Shown in pieces: positions 53,257-63,050 of a stretch of DNA of 64,000 bases. The notes below the pieces were generated by a model that saw only the letters and a list, made by a program, of their open reading frames with translations, had not been told where the DNA came from and did not search any database. Location of the stretch: the sequence record MZ475891.1; one strand, written 5' to 3'. Every line of letters starts with the position of its first letter. The stretch's first letter is position 1. The translations under genes were made by a program, and so were the position numbers.

Positions 53257-54158
53257 CAGCTACTCCTTGTGGTGAAGCGCAGCTTAGGACAATACATGAT
53301 TGTCTTCTGGTTAGGAATAACGTCGCCCACGATCTTGAATGGACCTGACGTACCGCACGCACCAGCCGCAAACATAATGTCATCAGAGTAGTCAATGCTA
53401 CCATGAGTGAACGTATTGCAGTGAGTGAAAGCAGCCCACGTAGGAGCAGTTGCAGCAGCGCTTGGTGCAGCATCTACGGAACTCAACAGGATGCGAGGCA
53501 TGGACGCAGTGGTGCCTGAGTATTTGAAGCGATAGCGCTTAGCCGCACGTGGCGTAGACAGAGCGAGACAAGTAGCCTCACCAGCAACAGCCGTAGCACT
53601 ACCTAACGCATATTCAGTCGCACCATCGTCAGACAACGCCACCAGCGTAAAACCATCAGAAACAGTGCCGAGGAATTTGATGTGCGTTACAGTAACCGCA
53701 GTATCAAACTCAATGTCCGTATTGCTCGAAGCGGAACGTGAATACACGGACGCTACGGACCCAACGCCAAGAGGCAGCGTGATGTTTCTGTCAGTGAATC
53801 CGCTACGCGTAATGCGATTAGGCAGAAGCTGATTAACAGCGAGCGCAGCAGTACCCACAGTGCCGTAATACGAAACGCCTTTAGGTATGTACTGCGACTG
53901 TAGAGCAAGCGCAATAACGTTACCGTTTTCTGTTCCTGTCACAGGATTACGCACGATACCAATCGCTTGGTTGTACATGTCCGCAAGTGACTTCTGGTTG
54001 AAAGCCGCAGCGAAGCCCGCATCAGATGTAGGCAGCTTACCGCTAAATGCAAAGATATTCCAGCCGGCGCCTACGTTCGGGTCATTCAGGACACCAGCTA
54101 CGTTTGAGGCCGACCCAACAACTGCTTGAGCCATTTGGCGAGTATTGATGATTTTCAT
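53256..54158 (-). CDS. Putative virion structural protein (long paralog class)
   Basis: IFAFSGKLPT, IEFDTAVTVT, KRYRF, APTWAAF. Confidence 0.6.
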   Translation of the reverse strand: MKIINTRQMAQAVVGSASNVAGVLNDPNVGAGWNIFAFSGKLPTSDAGFAAAFNQKSLADMYNQAIGIVRNPVTGTENGNVIALALQSQYIPKGVSYYGTVGTAALAVNQLLPNRITRSGFTDRNITLPLGVGSVASVYSRSASSNTDIEFDTAVTVTHIKFLGTVSDGFTLVALSDDGATEYALGSATAVAGEATCLALSTPRAAKRYRFKYSGTTASMPRILLSSVDAAPSAAATAPTWAAFTHCNTFTHGSIDYSDDIMFAAGACGTSGPFKIVGDVIPNQKTIMYCPKLRFTTRSS

Positions 54159-54616
54159 TATCCCACCACCGGTGCAACAGGTTTGTTGGTAACTTTCGTA
54201 TCGGACAGATCGAGATTACCTGTCTGCACACGAAACACGATGTTATCAAACAGCACGTCCAGTGTTGCTGTTGTGACGAACTGGCCACACACCACAGGCG
54301 CGTACTGCACAGGCGCTGGTGGGTTTGAGTTGAACGACTCAGGCATAAACTTAGACTGAGACTGCGTAGCCAGCACAGGTTTAAGCGTCAGAGTATCAAC
54401 AGCCGCAGTACGCTTGCGCTGAATGAGCGACCACACATTCGCACCCAGCGTTAACGAAATGGCGGTAGCGCTAGTACGCGTCAGACTAATAGCAGACTGG
54501 TTTTCGTTGTCGTACTTACGGTTAGGCTGAGAGGAGCTGCTAATCTCTTGCTGTGAAAGCACGAACGTAAAGTCCGCAAACATATCTGGGTCATATGTGA
54601 CGACAGGAATAAACAT
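54158..54616 (-). CDS. Putative structural protein, paralog of 56681-57328
   Basis: N-terminus MFIPVVTYD vs MHIPVVSYE. Confidence 0.6.
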   Translation of the reverse strand: MFIPVVTYDPDMFADFTFVLSQQEISSSSQPNRKYDNENQSAISLTRTSATAISLTLGANVWSLIQRKRTAAVDTLTLKPVLATQSQSKFMPESFNSNPPAPVQYAPVVCGQFVTTATLDVLFDNIVFRVQTGNLDLSDTKVTNKPVAPVVG

Positions 54617-54618
54617 CG

Positions 54619-55713
54619 TTACACTCCTTGGCGAATGCTGTATTTGTCAATGATAGGCGTGTAGGCCGCATTCGCACTTGAACCATAACCGCCTGTAACG
54701 ATACTTCCAGTAACATTCGGCTTAACAATCGCATACGTGAAGCTATCCACAACAGTACCGTTGATGGAAATAGTATGGATGTTTGACAGTGCGTTATACA
54801 CATACTTGATGTGGACGTTGCTGGTGGTTTTCATCGCGGCATACGCAGCAATAGGACGAACCACTTTAGCAGCAGCCGCACCGCCACCTGAGTTGTTCCA
54901 CAACAGGAAGCCTTTCTCGTTCGAACGGTCAAACGATAGCGTCAGTCTGTCAGTTAACGTGGTGCCCATCTTGAGCAGCGTGAACTCAGAGTAGTCCGTA
55001 GTGCTTGACTGACGATAATCAAACTCAATGGTGAATGACTGACTCAGATCGATATTGGACGTGAGAGACATAACGCCTGTCGTGCCTAAATCGATACCAG
55101 CAGCACCGTCAGCAGGAGCTTTAGCGTTACCACTTACAGTCGCAGTGGCTCCAAGATAGTCAGCAAAGCTGGTGGCGCCAGGCGTCCACAGCGAACTGTC
55201 CAGAGCTACAACCTCTGAACCGCCAAGCCATGTCGCTGTTGTGTTCTCTACCCACATGTTGGTCAGTGGAATAGTGAAGCTGTTGATCGTAATCTGCGTC
55301 TTATATCCCGCTGCATCGTACTTGATGTTCAGGTCAGGATAAAGCAGAGTAACGTCCGTGCCTACAGTCAGACACACAGGCAAGATGCCACCCAGAATAA
55401 GATGAGTAGGCACGCCTTCTGCAACTGCGGTCAACAGGCAATCAGATACGGAAATCTTCTGACGGTCGATAGTGCGAACGCAGTTGGTGCCTTTAGCCAG
55501 CACAGTACAGATACCGCTAGACGCTGCTAGTGCTGCATCAAACGAGTAACCTGCACCAGTCTGTGTCTGATAGTTAAGGCACTTATTAATGTCTGTCTCA
55601 GTGAATCCGTTGTTGAGACGAACGAGATAACAGGACTTATCGTCGGCGGTAGCCTGAGCAAACAGACGAGTAAGCTGAGGTACGGCAGATGCTGCAAATA
55701 AACTGTATTTCAT
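54619..55713 (-). CDS. Putative fibre protein with C-terminal LamG/concanavalin-like domain
   Basis: FTIEFDY..., HIKYVY......ISINGT, IIDKYSI; start ATG 55713. Confidence 0.6.
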   Translation of the reverse strand: MKYSLFAASAVPQLTRLFAQATADDKSCYLVRLNNGFTETDINKCLNYQTQTGAGYSFDAALAASSGICTVLAKGTNCVRTIDRQKISVSDCLLTAVAEGVPTHLILGGILPVCLTVGTDVTLLYPDLNIKYDAAGYKTQITINSFTIPLTNMWVENTTATWLGGSEVVALDSSLWTPGATSFADYLGATATVSGNAKAPADGAAGIDLGTTGVMSLTSNIDLSQSFTIEFDYRQSSTTDYSEFTLLKMGTTLTDRLTLSFDRSNEKGFLLWNNSGGGAAAAKVVRPIAAYAAMKTTSNVHIKYVYNALSNIHTISINGTVVDSFTYAIVKPNVTGSIVTGGYGSSANAAYTPIIDKYSIRQGV

Positions 55714-55714
55714 G

Positions 55715-56671
55715 TTATACCTCAGTAGACAGGCGCATCTGAGCGATAGTAGCGAACTCACCCGGGCCCAATGCGGTAGCCTGTACTTCGATTGGCTTAC
55801 CACTACCGATAGCTCCGACTTCGCAAGCGAAATAAGTTGGGATGTAGTTGCCATTTGCCAAAGCACCATAGTTGGTATCTTGAATCACGACGATAGCGCT
55901 TTGCACAGTCTTGTAACTTGCATTCATACCAACATCAGATGCAGTCACAGGAATGGCGCGGCGGTTAGCTACAGAGTGGACGAGTCTAAAGCGATTGCTT
56001 GCAGCAGGCACGGTGGCCAGCATGTTACCTTCCTGGTTAGCTGCAATAGACCACGCAACAGCAGTTCCAAGAGAACCATCGCTGTTGATAGGAGCAATCG
56101 TGCCACTCGTAATCAGCGACTGATCGTTAACGTCAGACAGCATGGCATTAATCGTTACCACGTTGTCATACGTCAGGTCAGTAGTCGATAAGTGAATCCC
56201 AGGCTGCGCTGCATCGTGAGGGATACCCGCATAGTCCCAAGGACGATAGCCCGCTTGACCAATACCCCACAGTGCTTTGTTGCCTGCATCGATCGAGGTA
56301 GTGTACGCAGTTTGAATCGCAACGTTTACAGCAGCCGAGTAGCCTACAGGAAATGCCTTAGAAGGATAGTGAATCGTTGCCCCGTTCTTTGGTTCGTACA
56401 CAGAACCCGAACGCGCTTTCCATCCCTCAGACAAATCAAGCAGTGGCAGCAGGCCTTCTGTTGTTGGACGCAATACTACCTTCGTTGCAGCAACTGCGTT
56501 GTTGAACAGGTTGCGCATGTCAGTCAAATGCTGGCGGAAGTTGCCTTGATCTGCAATGGTGTTCTCAAAGAAGAACACGTTGGCGATAATACCATTGGAC
56601 GCTGTATTCGCCCAGCCGGAGCCTTGCTGTAGCACAGACAGCGGCAGAATGTTATGTCCTAAGATACGCAT
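55715..56671 (-). CDS. Putative virion structural protein (long paralog class)
   Basis: VFFFE, NRFRLV, PTYFACEVG..GSG. Confidence 0.6.
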   Translation of the reverse strand: MRILGHNILPLSVLQQGSGWANTASNGIIANVFFFENTIADQGNFRQHLTDMRNLFNNAVAATKVVLRPTTEGLLPLLDLSEGWKARSGSVYEPKNGATIHYPSKAFPVGYSAAVNVAIQTAYTTSIDAGNKALWGIGQAGYRPWDYAGIPHDAAQPGIHLSTTDLTYDNVVTINAMLSDVNDQSLITSGTIAPINSDGSLGTAVAWSIAANQEGNMLATVPAASNRFRLVHSVANRRAIPVTASDVGMNASYKTVQSAIVVIQDTNYGALANGNYIPTYFACEVGAIGSGKPIEVQATALGPGEFATIAQMRLSTEV

Positions 56672-56680
56672 CAGAACCTC

Positions 56681-57328
56681 TTAATCATATAAAAATACAC
56701 CAGCACGCAGACGCACTCTATCAATAACTCCAAACGGTCCAGCGACATTTCCATATCTGCCTATAGCCCAAGGCGTATCGCTTACTTTCGGCATAGCCTG
56801 TACGACTTGAGCAACTTGTTGGCCATTGACAAAGATCGTGTGGGTCTTAGCTGTTGCGTCATAGACATACTTGAAAGGGACCATGCTCAAAGTCAACAGG
56901 CCGCCAAGAACACCAGACTGAGCAATTTGCTTTTCTGCCCATGAGCCGCCCGTGCTATACCAAACGCCTATGCGAATGTTAGAGCCATTCCATTGGTTCT
57001 GCATCAACAGCTCCACCTTGTCTGGGTTAGACTTTAGGTAGGACATGAATATGAACTGTGCTAACACATTCGTATCAGTCTGTGCATAGAGCAAATCAAG
57101 CGTATATGAGGCAGTCGTATCAAACAGCAGATTACCTGCGGTCTTCACGTTACCACCACAGACAATACCTACATCAGACAGAGACAATGAAGAAGCAGCA
57201 AACTGATTGCCTACATAATCAGTGAACCCGTCTGCGGAGAAGTTGTCACGGTCAAAGGCCACCAGCTCATCGCCTGTGAACCAAGGAGGCACGTCCGCTA
57301 TTTCGTATGAAACGACAGGAATATGCAT
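56681..57328 (-). CDS. Putative structural protein with LamG-like domain
   Basis: YVYDA....HTIFVNG, IGRYG, IDRVRL. Confidence 0.6.
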   Translation of the reverse strand: MHIPVVSYEIADVPPWFTGDELVAFDRDNFSADGFTDYVGNQFAASSLSLSDVGIVCGGNVKTAGNLLFDTTASYTLDLLYAQTDTNVLAQFIFMSYLKSNPDKVELLMQNQWNGSNIRIGVWYSTGGSWAEKQIAQSGVLGGLLTLSMVPFKYVYDATAKTHTIFVNGQQVAQVVQAMPKVSDTPWAIGRYGNVAGPFGVIDRVRLRAGVFLYD

Positions 57329-57329
57329 G

Positions 57330-57827
57330 TTAGAACTCCTTAGAGTCTCTGCATACAGTCGCTAAGAACTTACCGTTACGCAAGTTGTCTGAACTAAGAA
57401 TCAGGTCAGCACCCGAACCCGCAGCACCGATAGTCAAGATCAAGAAGCCACCGTAAGGCGTGCTTGCAATGCTCTTGTTGAACACAATCACGTTGTACTG
57501 AGCAAGCAACTCGGTGATTGTTCCAGCAAACGTTCCCTGAAGTGTGGCAGCAAGTTTGAATTTATATTTATTGCCTGAACCGTGAATCCAGCGAACAGGA
57601 TTGTTAGTCACAGACGTTAGGTCAAGCACAGCAGTTGCGCCAATCGCAGCCTGAACGGTAGTACCATCAGCAACTACGATGTTCGCAGGGTCAGGCACTT
57701 TCGCAAAGCAGATTGTTTTCTGCATGTTTGAAAGGCCATACTTCAACGGCGGATCAGCAGCAGGACGTTTGCCTGCGTCTGGGATAACGATGCCGTTAGC
57801 GACCAGCGGGAAAGAAATGATTTCCAT
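57330..57827 (-). CDS. Putative virion structural protein (short class)
   Basis: LTIGAAGSGADLIL C-terminal motif. Confidence 0.6.
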   Translation of the reverse strand: MEIISFPLVANGIVIPDAGKRPAADPPLKYGLSNMQKTICFAKVPDPANIVVADGTTVQAAIGATAVLDLTSVTNNPVRWIHGSGNKYKFKLAATLQGTFAGTITELLAQYNVIVFNKSIASTPYGGFLILTIGAAGSGADLILSSDNLRNGKFLATVCRDSKEF

Positions 57828-57891
57828 TATAGTTCTCCAGTTGTTTCGCGTTTAAATTACTGACTGCATGTGGTAAGTGCGGAACACTATG

Positions 57892-58947
57892 CTACAGCGA
57901 AACGGTTTTTGTTAGCGCAACGTCTGTGATAGTTGCTACGGATATCTGAGGGATATCGCCAGGCAGCGTAGATGTAGCGTGAGTGAAGTCCGTACCTTCG
58001 CGCAGCACTTGCACCATACACGGATGCTGTGGGTCAAACGCTATTGGAAGCATAGCCCACGTCAGTTTGGTTGCTGGCGTATCAGCACGCGTAACAAGAG
58101 GCACAGAATACAGACGATCTGTTTCAACAAAGTTCGTGGTGTTATTCAGCGCACCCTTTGAGTATGATGTGCTGTACGACCAACCACCTCCTGAGAAATA
58201 GCGCGTACCGTACACGTTAGTTCTCCACGAATACAGAACACGCAGGCTTCTAGCAGGCGCAGAACTCAACGTAGTCTGAGCATTGGCTATGAGCGCACTC
58301 TGACCTACAACACCAGACCGCACCGTTACGTTCGTTGCGTCAGAGTAGGTATAGGTATCCATATAGACGTTAGTGATAGAGCTGGAATCACTAGAAGACC
58401 AGTTACCTATTGTGCCTATGTTACCACTGTTAGAGTCAGACATGGGTACAGTCACACCTGTCTGCACTGCACACTTAGGGCTTAGGTTAGCTTCTGTGAT
58501 TGTACTGTCAAATACAGGCAACAACATAGAAGCAGATGAAGGAATGCGCTTACCATCAATGTTCGTATTGTCCAGTAAGCTGCCTTGCATTGTAACAACA
58601 GAACCTTCTGCAAACAAAGTACCGACGCTGTAGTAACGTCTGAATACTTCTTGAGGAGTCCAGACAACGGATTCGGCAGCTGTAGGCAACGTTGACCCGT
58701 ACGTAGGGTTATCTATCATTGTGTGATAGTATCGCATACTACGATAGCCTGCCATGCGCGTACATTGAAAGGTATCGTTTGCTACATACTGAGAGAACGA
58801 ACGCGCCAAGTTAATCGTGTTCATTGCAGAGGCTGCGGTAGACTGTGCTGTTGGAGGAACTGTGTCATCCGTGAACAGAAATACCCTTCTTCTAGCTAGT
58901 GCTAGTTTCTTCTCCAACAGCTTAGCCCCACTTGAGGCAAATAACAT
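57892..58947 (-). CDS. Putative fibre-like protein, MLFAS family copy 4
   Basis: MLFASSG...RVFLF; Ser/Thr/Gly/Asn-rich variable core. Confidence 0.6.
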   Translation of the reverse strand: MLFASSGAKLLEKKLALARRRVFLFTDDTVPPTAQSTAASAMNTINLARSFSQYVANDTFQCTRMAGYRSMRYYHTMIDNPTYGSTLPTAAESVVWTPQEVFRRYYSVGTLFAEGSVVTMQGSLLDNTNIDGKRIPSSASMLLPVFDSTITEANLSPKCAVQTGVTVPMSDSNSGNIGTIGNWSSSDSSSITNVYMDTYTYSDATNVTVRSGVVGQSALIANAQTTLSSAPARSLRVLYSWRTNVYGTRYFSGGGWSYSTSYSKGALNNTTNFVETDRLYSVPLVTRADTPATKLTWAMLPIAFDPQHPCMVQVLREGTDFTHATSTLPGDIPQISVATITDVALTKTVSL

Positions 58948-58956
58948 AAACTCTCC

Positions 58957-59991
58957 TTAGACAGAGATAACCGATGCAACCCCGGGGACAGCGAGCGTTT
59001 GGAGAAATGATACATCGGGCTCAACGTTTGTCTGTTGCTGTACGTTGTTTTTGAAGTCAGTACCTTTGCGGAAGATCTCACAGCTAATCTTCTCGCCGTT
59101 CCATATAGGACAGCCCAGCCATTCAATGTCGAATGCAGGAGTGTCAGCAGGCGCAGTTGACGCAAAGCCGATCTTAACAACAGGCTTATGTTGAAGCGGA
59201 ACGTCTACGTTACCTGGTCTGGAGTACGTCCAGGTATTCACGTTATTGCCTACAAGCGTGTTATAGATATAGTTCTGCACACCGTACACAGAGGCCATAC
59301 CCGCAACAGGAGCGGAACCAAACAGTCGTATGATATTACCTATCGAGGAAGAACCAAAGCTGATGTTGCCTTGAGCATATGAGTTATCCTCAGTTCCGTA
59401 CGAGGCTCTTGATGCAAAGTACGTGTAGCTCCAACTGTTGTTACTACCACTGCCAGACGAGTTGTATGTGCCAGTCCTATCAGGGAAGTGACCACCTACT
59501 CCGTAAAGAGACGCGTACTTCTTAGGAATCAGCACGGTCTTTATCGTGCCAACAACAGGCAGATGGCTAGGGTTATACGTGTCATAAGCAGAAGGTGCAG
59601 ACAACGACACAGGACCTGCCAGTGGGTTAGCAAACGAATTGTCTGCATTTAGATAGCTCATCACACCGTGCTTGAGAGCGCGTTGTTGGGCAGTAAGCGT
59701 ATCTGACATGCTGAATATCGGTGAGTTGTTCACAGTGCGCTCATAGGCATCATGATTCACCTCAGCAGGAAAGAAATACTGACTCGCAATGCCACTGCAT
59801 GAACACCCGAGTAGTTTGTTGTCTGCTACACTATACCCGATAGAGCGAGCTTCTACCATATTCTTTACCCATGCCACAGGGTCAGTGAGTGCAGCTTCTG
59901 GTGTTATTGAACTGTCAAACATGAAGGCACGCTTACGCGCAACAGCCATAAGCGTCTTCTGGATGTTTCCACCTGACGATGCAAAAATCAT
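58957..59991 (-). CDS. Putative fibre-like protein, MLFAS family copy 3
   Basis: MIFASSG...RAFMFD. Confidence 0.6.
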   Translation of the reverse strand: MIFASSGGNIQKTLMAVARKRAFMFDSSITPEAALTDPVAWVKNMVEARSIGYSVADNKLLGCSCSGIASQYFFPAEVNHDAYERTVNNSPIFSMSDTLTAQQRALKHGVMSYLNADNSFANPLAGPVSLSAPSAYDTYNPSHLPVVGTIKTVLIPKKYASLYGVGGHFPDRTGTYNSSGSGSNNSWSYTYFASRASYGTEDNSYAQGNISFGSSSIGNIIRLFGSAPVAGMASVYGVQNYIYNTLVGNNVNTWTYSRPGNVDVPLQHKPVVKIGFASTAPADTPAFDIEWLGCPIWNGEKISCEIFRKGTDFKNNVQQQTNVEPDVSFLQTLAVPGVASVISV

Positions 59992-60000
59992 ATTATTGCC

Positions 60001-61098
60001 TCATAGCGTAATAGAGGACGGGGCATTGCACCAGTCTTTAACTGCTTGAGCAACTACCAAGTCAGCTTGTTGGGCTACTGTCGTCCCTGTCTGCTTAATA
60101 TCGGCGGAATCGTCCTGTGCAATATCGAACATAGCGAGCCTGTACCCACCAACAGTCTCGTAAGCAATGGCACCAACAGTCAGCACACACGCACCATCAT
60201 CAGCCATGCCTGTTACAATGACAGAAGGAACATCGGGAATAGTCATTGCATTCTGATCTGCGTTCGGCGTTAGTCCTTCATTGAATGAGTTGTTAGTGGT
60301 GCCTCCACCTATAGGGTACGTGGTGAAGCGCCGCTCCTGCATAGTGATTACCATAGCGCCCGACACCGTGTTGAATGCCTGGGGATCGAATACATCTGCC
60401 CAATTGCCATTCCCGCCATAAGTCGTATCGTTCGGCAGCATAATATCAATATAGTTTTGCGCCTGATAAGTATTAGGTATAGGGTAGAACACAGCAGACG
60501 AATAGAACTGGTCATAGTAATAGTTAACACCAGATTGACCTGAACTACGAAACGATATTGTCGCGTTATTGAGAAACTTAGGCTGGTACTGCGTCTTATT
60601 CTTCGTACTACGCATACTGGTGACGATGCGCTGCGGATAAAGATACAAGCGAGAGGCCAGCTTTGCTTTATCGTACTGCCCAACAAGAGTAGAGCCAAGA
60701 ATGTTGCTCGTCTTGTCTCCGATAGTACCCCTGGGTGCGAGATACTTCACGGTGCAATAGCGGTCAGCTTGTTGGTCTGGCGTGTTGCCGTCTGAGGAAA
60801 CGTTATACATGCCATTCCATGAAGCACTATTCGACGCGTTGTTCTGGTTGAATAGCTGAATGTTTGCGCTGTGTGCAGGGTAATAGCGATTGGACTTTAC
60901 ACCACTAAGCGCTGTTGATTTAAGAGCGTCTACGGTACCGCAAGTCATCGCACGACATTCAGGCACGGACTGTAATAGATACTGGCGTGCTTGTCTGATA
61001 GTGTCTTTACTGATTGTGCTGTCAAACAGATATAAGGAGGACATTGCACGAGTTCGCACAGCTTTATCTCGTACTCCTCCGACGGAAGCGAATAGCAT
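60001..61098 (-). CDS. Putative fibre-like protein, MLFAS family copy 2
   Basis: MLFASVG...LYLFD...GVKSNRYY. Confidence 0.6.
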   Translation of the reverse strand: MLFASVGGVRDKAVRTRAMSSLYLFDSTISKDTIRQARQYLLQSVPECRAMTCGTVDALKSTALSGVKSNRYYPAHSANIQLFNQNNASNSASWNGMYNVSSDGNTPDQQADRYCTVKYLAPRGTIGDKTSNILGSTLVGQYDKAKLASRLYLYPQRIVTSMRSTKNKTQYQPKFLNNATISFRSSGQSGVNYYYDQFYSSAVFYPIPNTYQAQNYIDIMLPNDTTYGGNGNWADVFDPQAFNTVSGAMVITMQERRFTTYPIGGGTTNNSFNEGLTPNADQNAMTIPDVPSVIVTGMADDGACVLTVGAIAYETVGGYRLAMFDIAQDDSADIKQTGTTVAQQADLVVAQAVKDWCNAPSSITL

Positions 61099-61105
61099 AG
61101 CTACC

Positions 61106-62161
61106 TCATAGTGTGTAGGACTTCGTTGTTACTAAGGCAGCCAACACCGCACTCGAACAAGTAAAAGCAGGCTGAGTGCCTACCGAAGTGCCTGTCGTCA
61201 GTGTTAGGTCCGAACCAATGTCCATCACCATAAGCTCGCTGGATTGTTCCGTGGCTACAGCGATAGCGCCAAAGCTCAATGCTGCATCTGGGTCATCGGC
61301 CTGAGTAACATCAATGTAAGGCAATTCGACGCACACCTCATTGGGTGTACCGTTTCGCCAGTTCTGACCACTGCCGTAGCTCGTATACCACGTGGCGTTA
61401 GCGAACCATGTGCGCGTGTAGTTATACTGTGGGTTTATCATGTACAGACCACCATACTCTGTACGCAGCGCACCTAACGCAGTAGGCGTACTGTTTTCAT
61501 AGTAACCAGCACCAACAGGGAAAGATACACCAGGCATCGTCCAGAATCGAGAAACACCAGAACCCAGAGAGATGAATCCAGGAGTTATGCTCTGCGTATA
61601 ATCAAAGTAGTCCGTGCTTGTGCCAGTACGTCCTCCCATTGTGCTCTTTGGTCGGAGTTTAACGGACTTGCCACCAAACAAAGAAAGACGTGAAGTAGGC
61701 AGCAGATACGTACGGCTCATGCTATCGAAGGAAGTAACACCACCATAACCAGATTGTGTACCAAGCATGTTGCCTGTAGCGTTATCGAAAGCAGCTTTAG
61801 TCGAAGGCGAGGCCACCGTAACAAAACGCGCAGCATAGTTCTCAACAGTCTGACCATCGCTTATGCCATTTGTCAGACGGAAGAACCAACCGTTGTTACT
61901 GGACACAGGACTGAACTGACTGATACGTCCTGTATGAGCCAAATAAAACTTATTATTCTTTACGCCGCCTATAGCAGTAGCGTCCAGAGTATTCCCTGTC
62001 ATTGTGTGCGTGCAGCTACGCGCTTCATGGCACACGTTCAGCAAACCTACAGGGGTGCGAACATTCTGTTTGTCTACGGACGTGTCAAACAAAAATAAGT
62101 GCTGCATAGCAGACTTGCGAATGTTTTCCTGTATAACAGCTCCAGCAGAAACGAATAGCAT
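61106..62161 (-). CDS. Putative fibre-like protein, MLFAS family copy 1
   Basis: MLFVSAG...LFLFD...GVKNNKFY; start ATG 62161. Confidence 0.6.
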   Translation of the reverse strand: MLFVSAGAVIQENIRKSAMQHLFLFDTSVDKQNVRTPVGLLNVCHEARSCTHTMTGNTLDATAIGGVKNNKFYLAHTGRISQFSPVSSNNGWFFRLTNGISDGQTVENYAARFVTVASPSTKAAFDNATGNMLGTQSGYGGVTSFDSMSRTYLLPTSRLSLFGGKSVKLRPKSTMGGRTGTSTDYFDYTQSITPGFISLGSGVSRFWTMPGVSFPVGAGYYENSTPTALGALRTEYGGLYMINPQYNYTRTWFANATWYTSYGSGQNWRNGTPNEVCVELPYIDVTQADDPDAALSFGAIAVATEQSSELMVMDIGSDLTLTTGTSVGTQPAFTCSSAVLAALVTTKSYTL

Positions 62162-62171
62162 ACAAGCTCCT

Positions 62172-62211
62172 AAAACGAAAGAGGGCAGACACCTTTCGAT
62201 GCCCACCCTTT
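62172..62211 (-). terminator. Rho-independent terminator
   Basis: Minus strand GGGTGGGCATC-GAAA-GGTGTCTGCCC followed by TCTTTCGTTTT. Confidence 0.6.
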
Positions 62212-62214
62212 AGA

Positions 62215-62796
62215 TCACACGAGCAGGCGTCCTGCGATAGTGATCGCCACACCGTTAAGCGTAGTATCAGCAGTATCAGGCGCAACGATGCGAAGCTGAT
62301 CACCAGATACGAGAATGATTTCCTGATCTTGGTAAGCAGCAAGCGGAGCAAATACGCCAGATTTTGAACCAGCACCGAATGAGACGGTACCAAGCTGGAT
62401 AACAGCCGCAGTTGCAGAGTCATACGCGCTGATCTTAAAAGCAGAAGCAGCGGTAGCAGCAACGTCAGCAGTAGCCAGAGAGCCTGCAAAGTTTTTAGTG
62501 ATAGCTGTTGTGCGCACAGAGAGGAAACGAGAAATCTCTTGGCCACCAGCGTAACGCTTGAGCACGTTCATGCCCAAGTCATATGGGTTGTATGATTGTA
62601 GTTGGCTAACCCACTTTGCTCGCACTTGACTATACACGTATAAGCCAGGCTGGTTAGCACCCGACACAGCAGTCAGGTTCCATACGCGACCGTTAGTCGG
62701 GCTAGCAGGGAAAGTTGGGCCAGAAGAATTTGGATCACCTGGGGCGCGAACAATCTGAGAGTTCACACCTGCAAGTTGTAGACCGTAAGAAAACAT
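62215..62796 (-). CDS. Putative tail/fibre-associated structural protein
   Basis: G..FPASPT.G motif; C-terminal VSGDQLRI..P...D.TL.G pattern. Confidence 0.55.
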   Translation of the reverse strand: MFSYGLQLAGVNSQIVRAPGDPNSSGPTFPASPTNGRVWNLTAVSGANQPGLYVYSQVRAKWVSQLQSYNPYDLGMNVLKRYAGGQEISRFLSVRTTAITKNFAGSLATADVAATAASAFKISAYDSATAAVIQLGTVSFGAGSKSGVFAPLAAYQDQEIILVSGDQLRIVAPDTADTTLNGVAITIAGRLLV

Positions 62797-62807
62797 CAGT
62801 ATTCTCC

Positions 62808-63029
62808 TTAGGCGATTCGCACTTCACCTGTCACCGCGTACGGGAAGGTAATCTTAACAGTGTCCGAGTCAACGATGATTACATCTAGCGGCAGCACTTG
62901 ATGTAACTTACCATCAGGTTGCATAGTGCATGTAGTCACGGCGACAGGACGCCCGAAGTTGTGCAGAATCGTCCATTCAGAAGCAGGCGTGTCTTGCTTG
63001 AAGCTACGCCCCATCGAATAGTTGAGCAT
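62808..63029 (-). CDS. Small structural protein (W.I.HN.G domain)
   Basis: EWTILHNFGRP...VLP..V...D.DTV.ITF. Confidence 0.6.
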   Translation of the reverse strand: MLNYSMGRSFKQDTPASEWTILHNFGRPVAVTTCTMQPDGKLHQVLPLDVIIVDSDTVKITFPYAVTGEVRIA

Positions 63030-63050
63030 AAGAGCCTCGCGATTGTGGCG

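Noticed and set aside
56324-56331. Minus-strand CTGTAAAC as a promoter
   Set aside because: It is a variant copy in mid-gene, about 600 nt from the next start; compatible with chance.
47886-62161. Diversity-generating retroelement or invertase-driven fibre switching
   Set aside because: No reverse transcriptase, recombinase or near-identical template/variable repeat pair is visible. Paralogs are similar only at the protein level.
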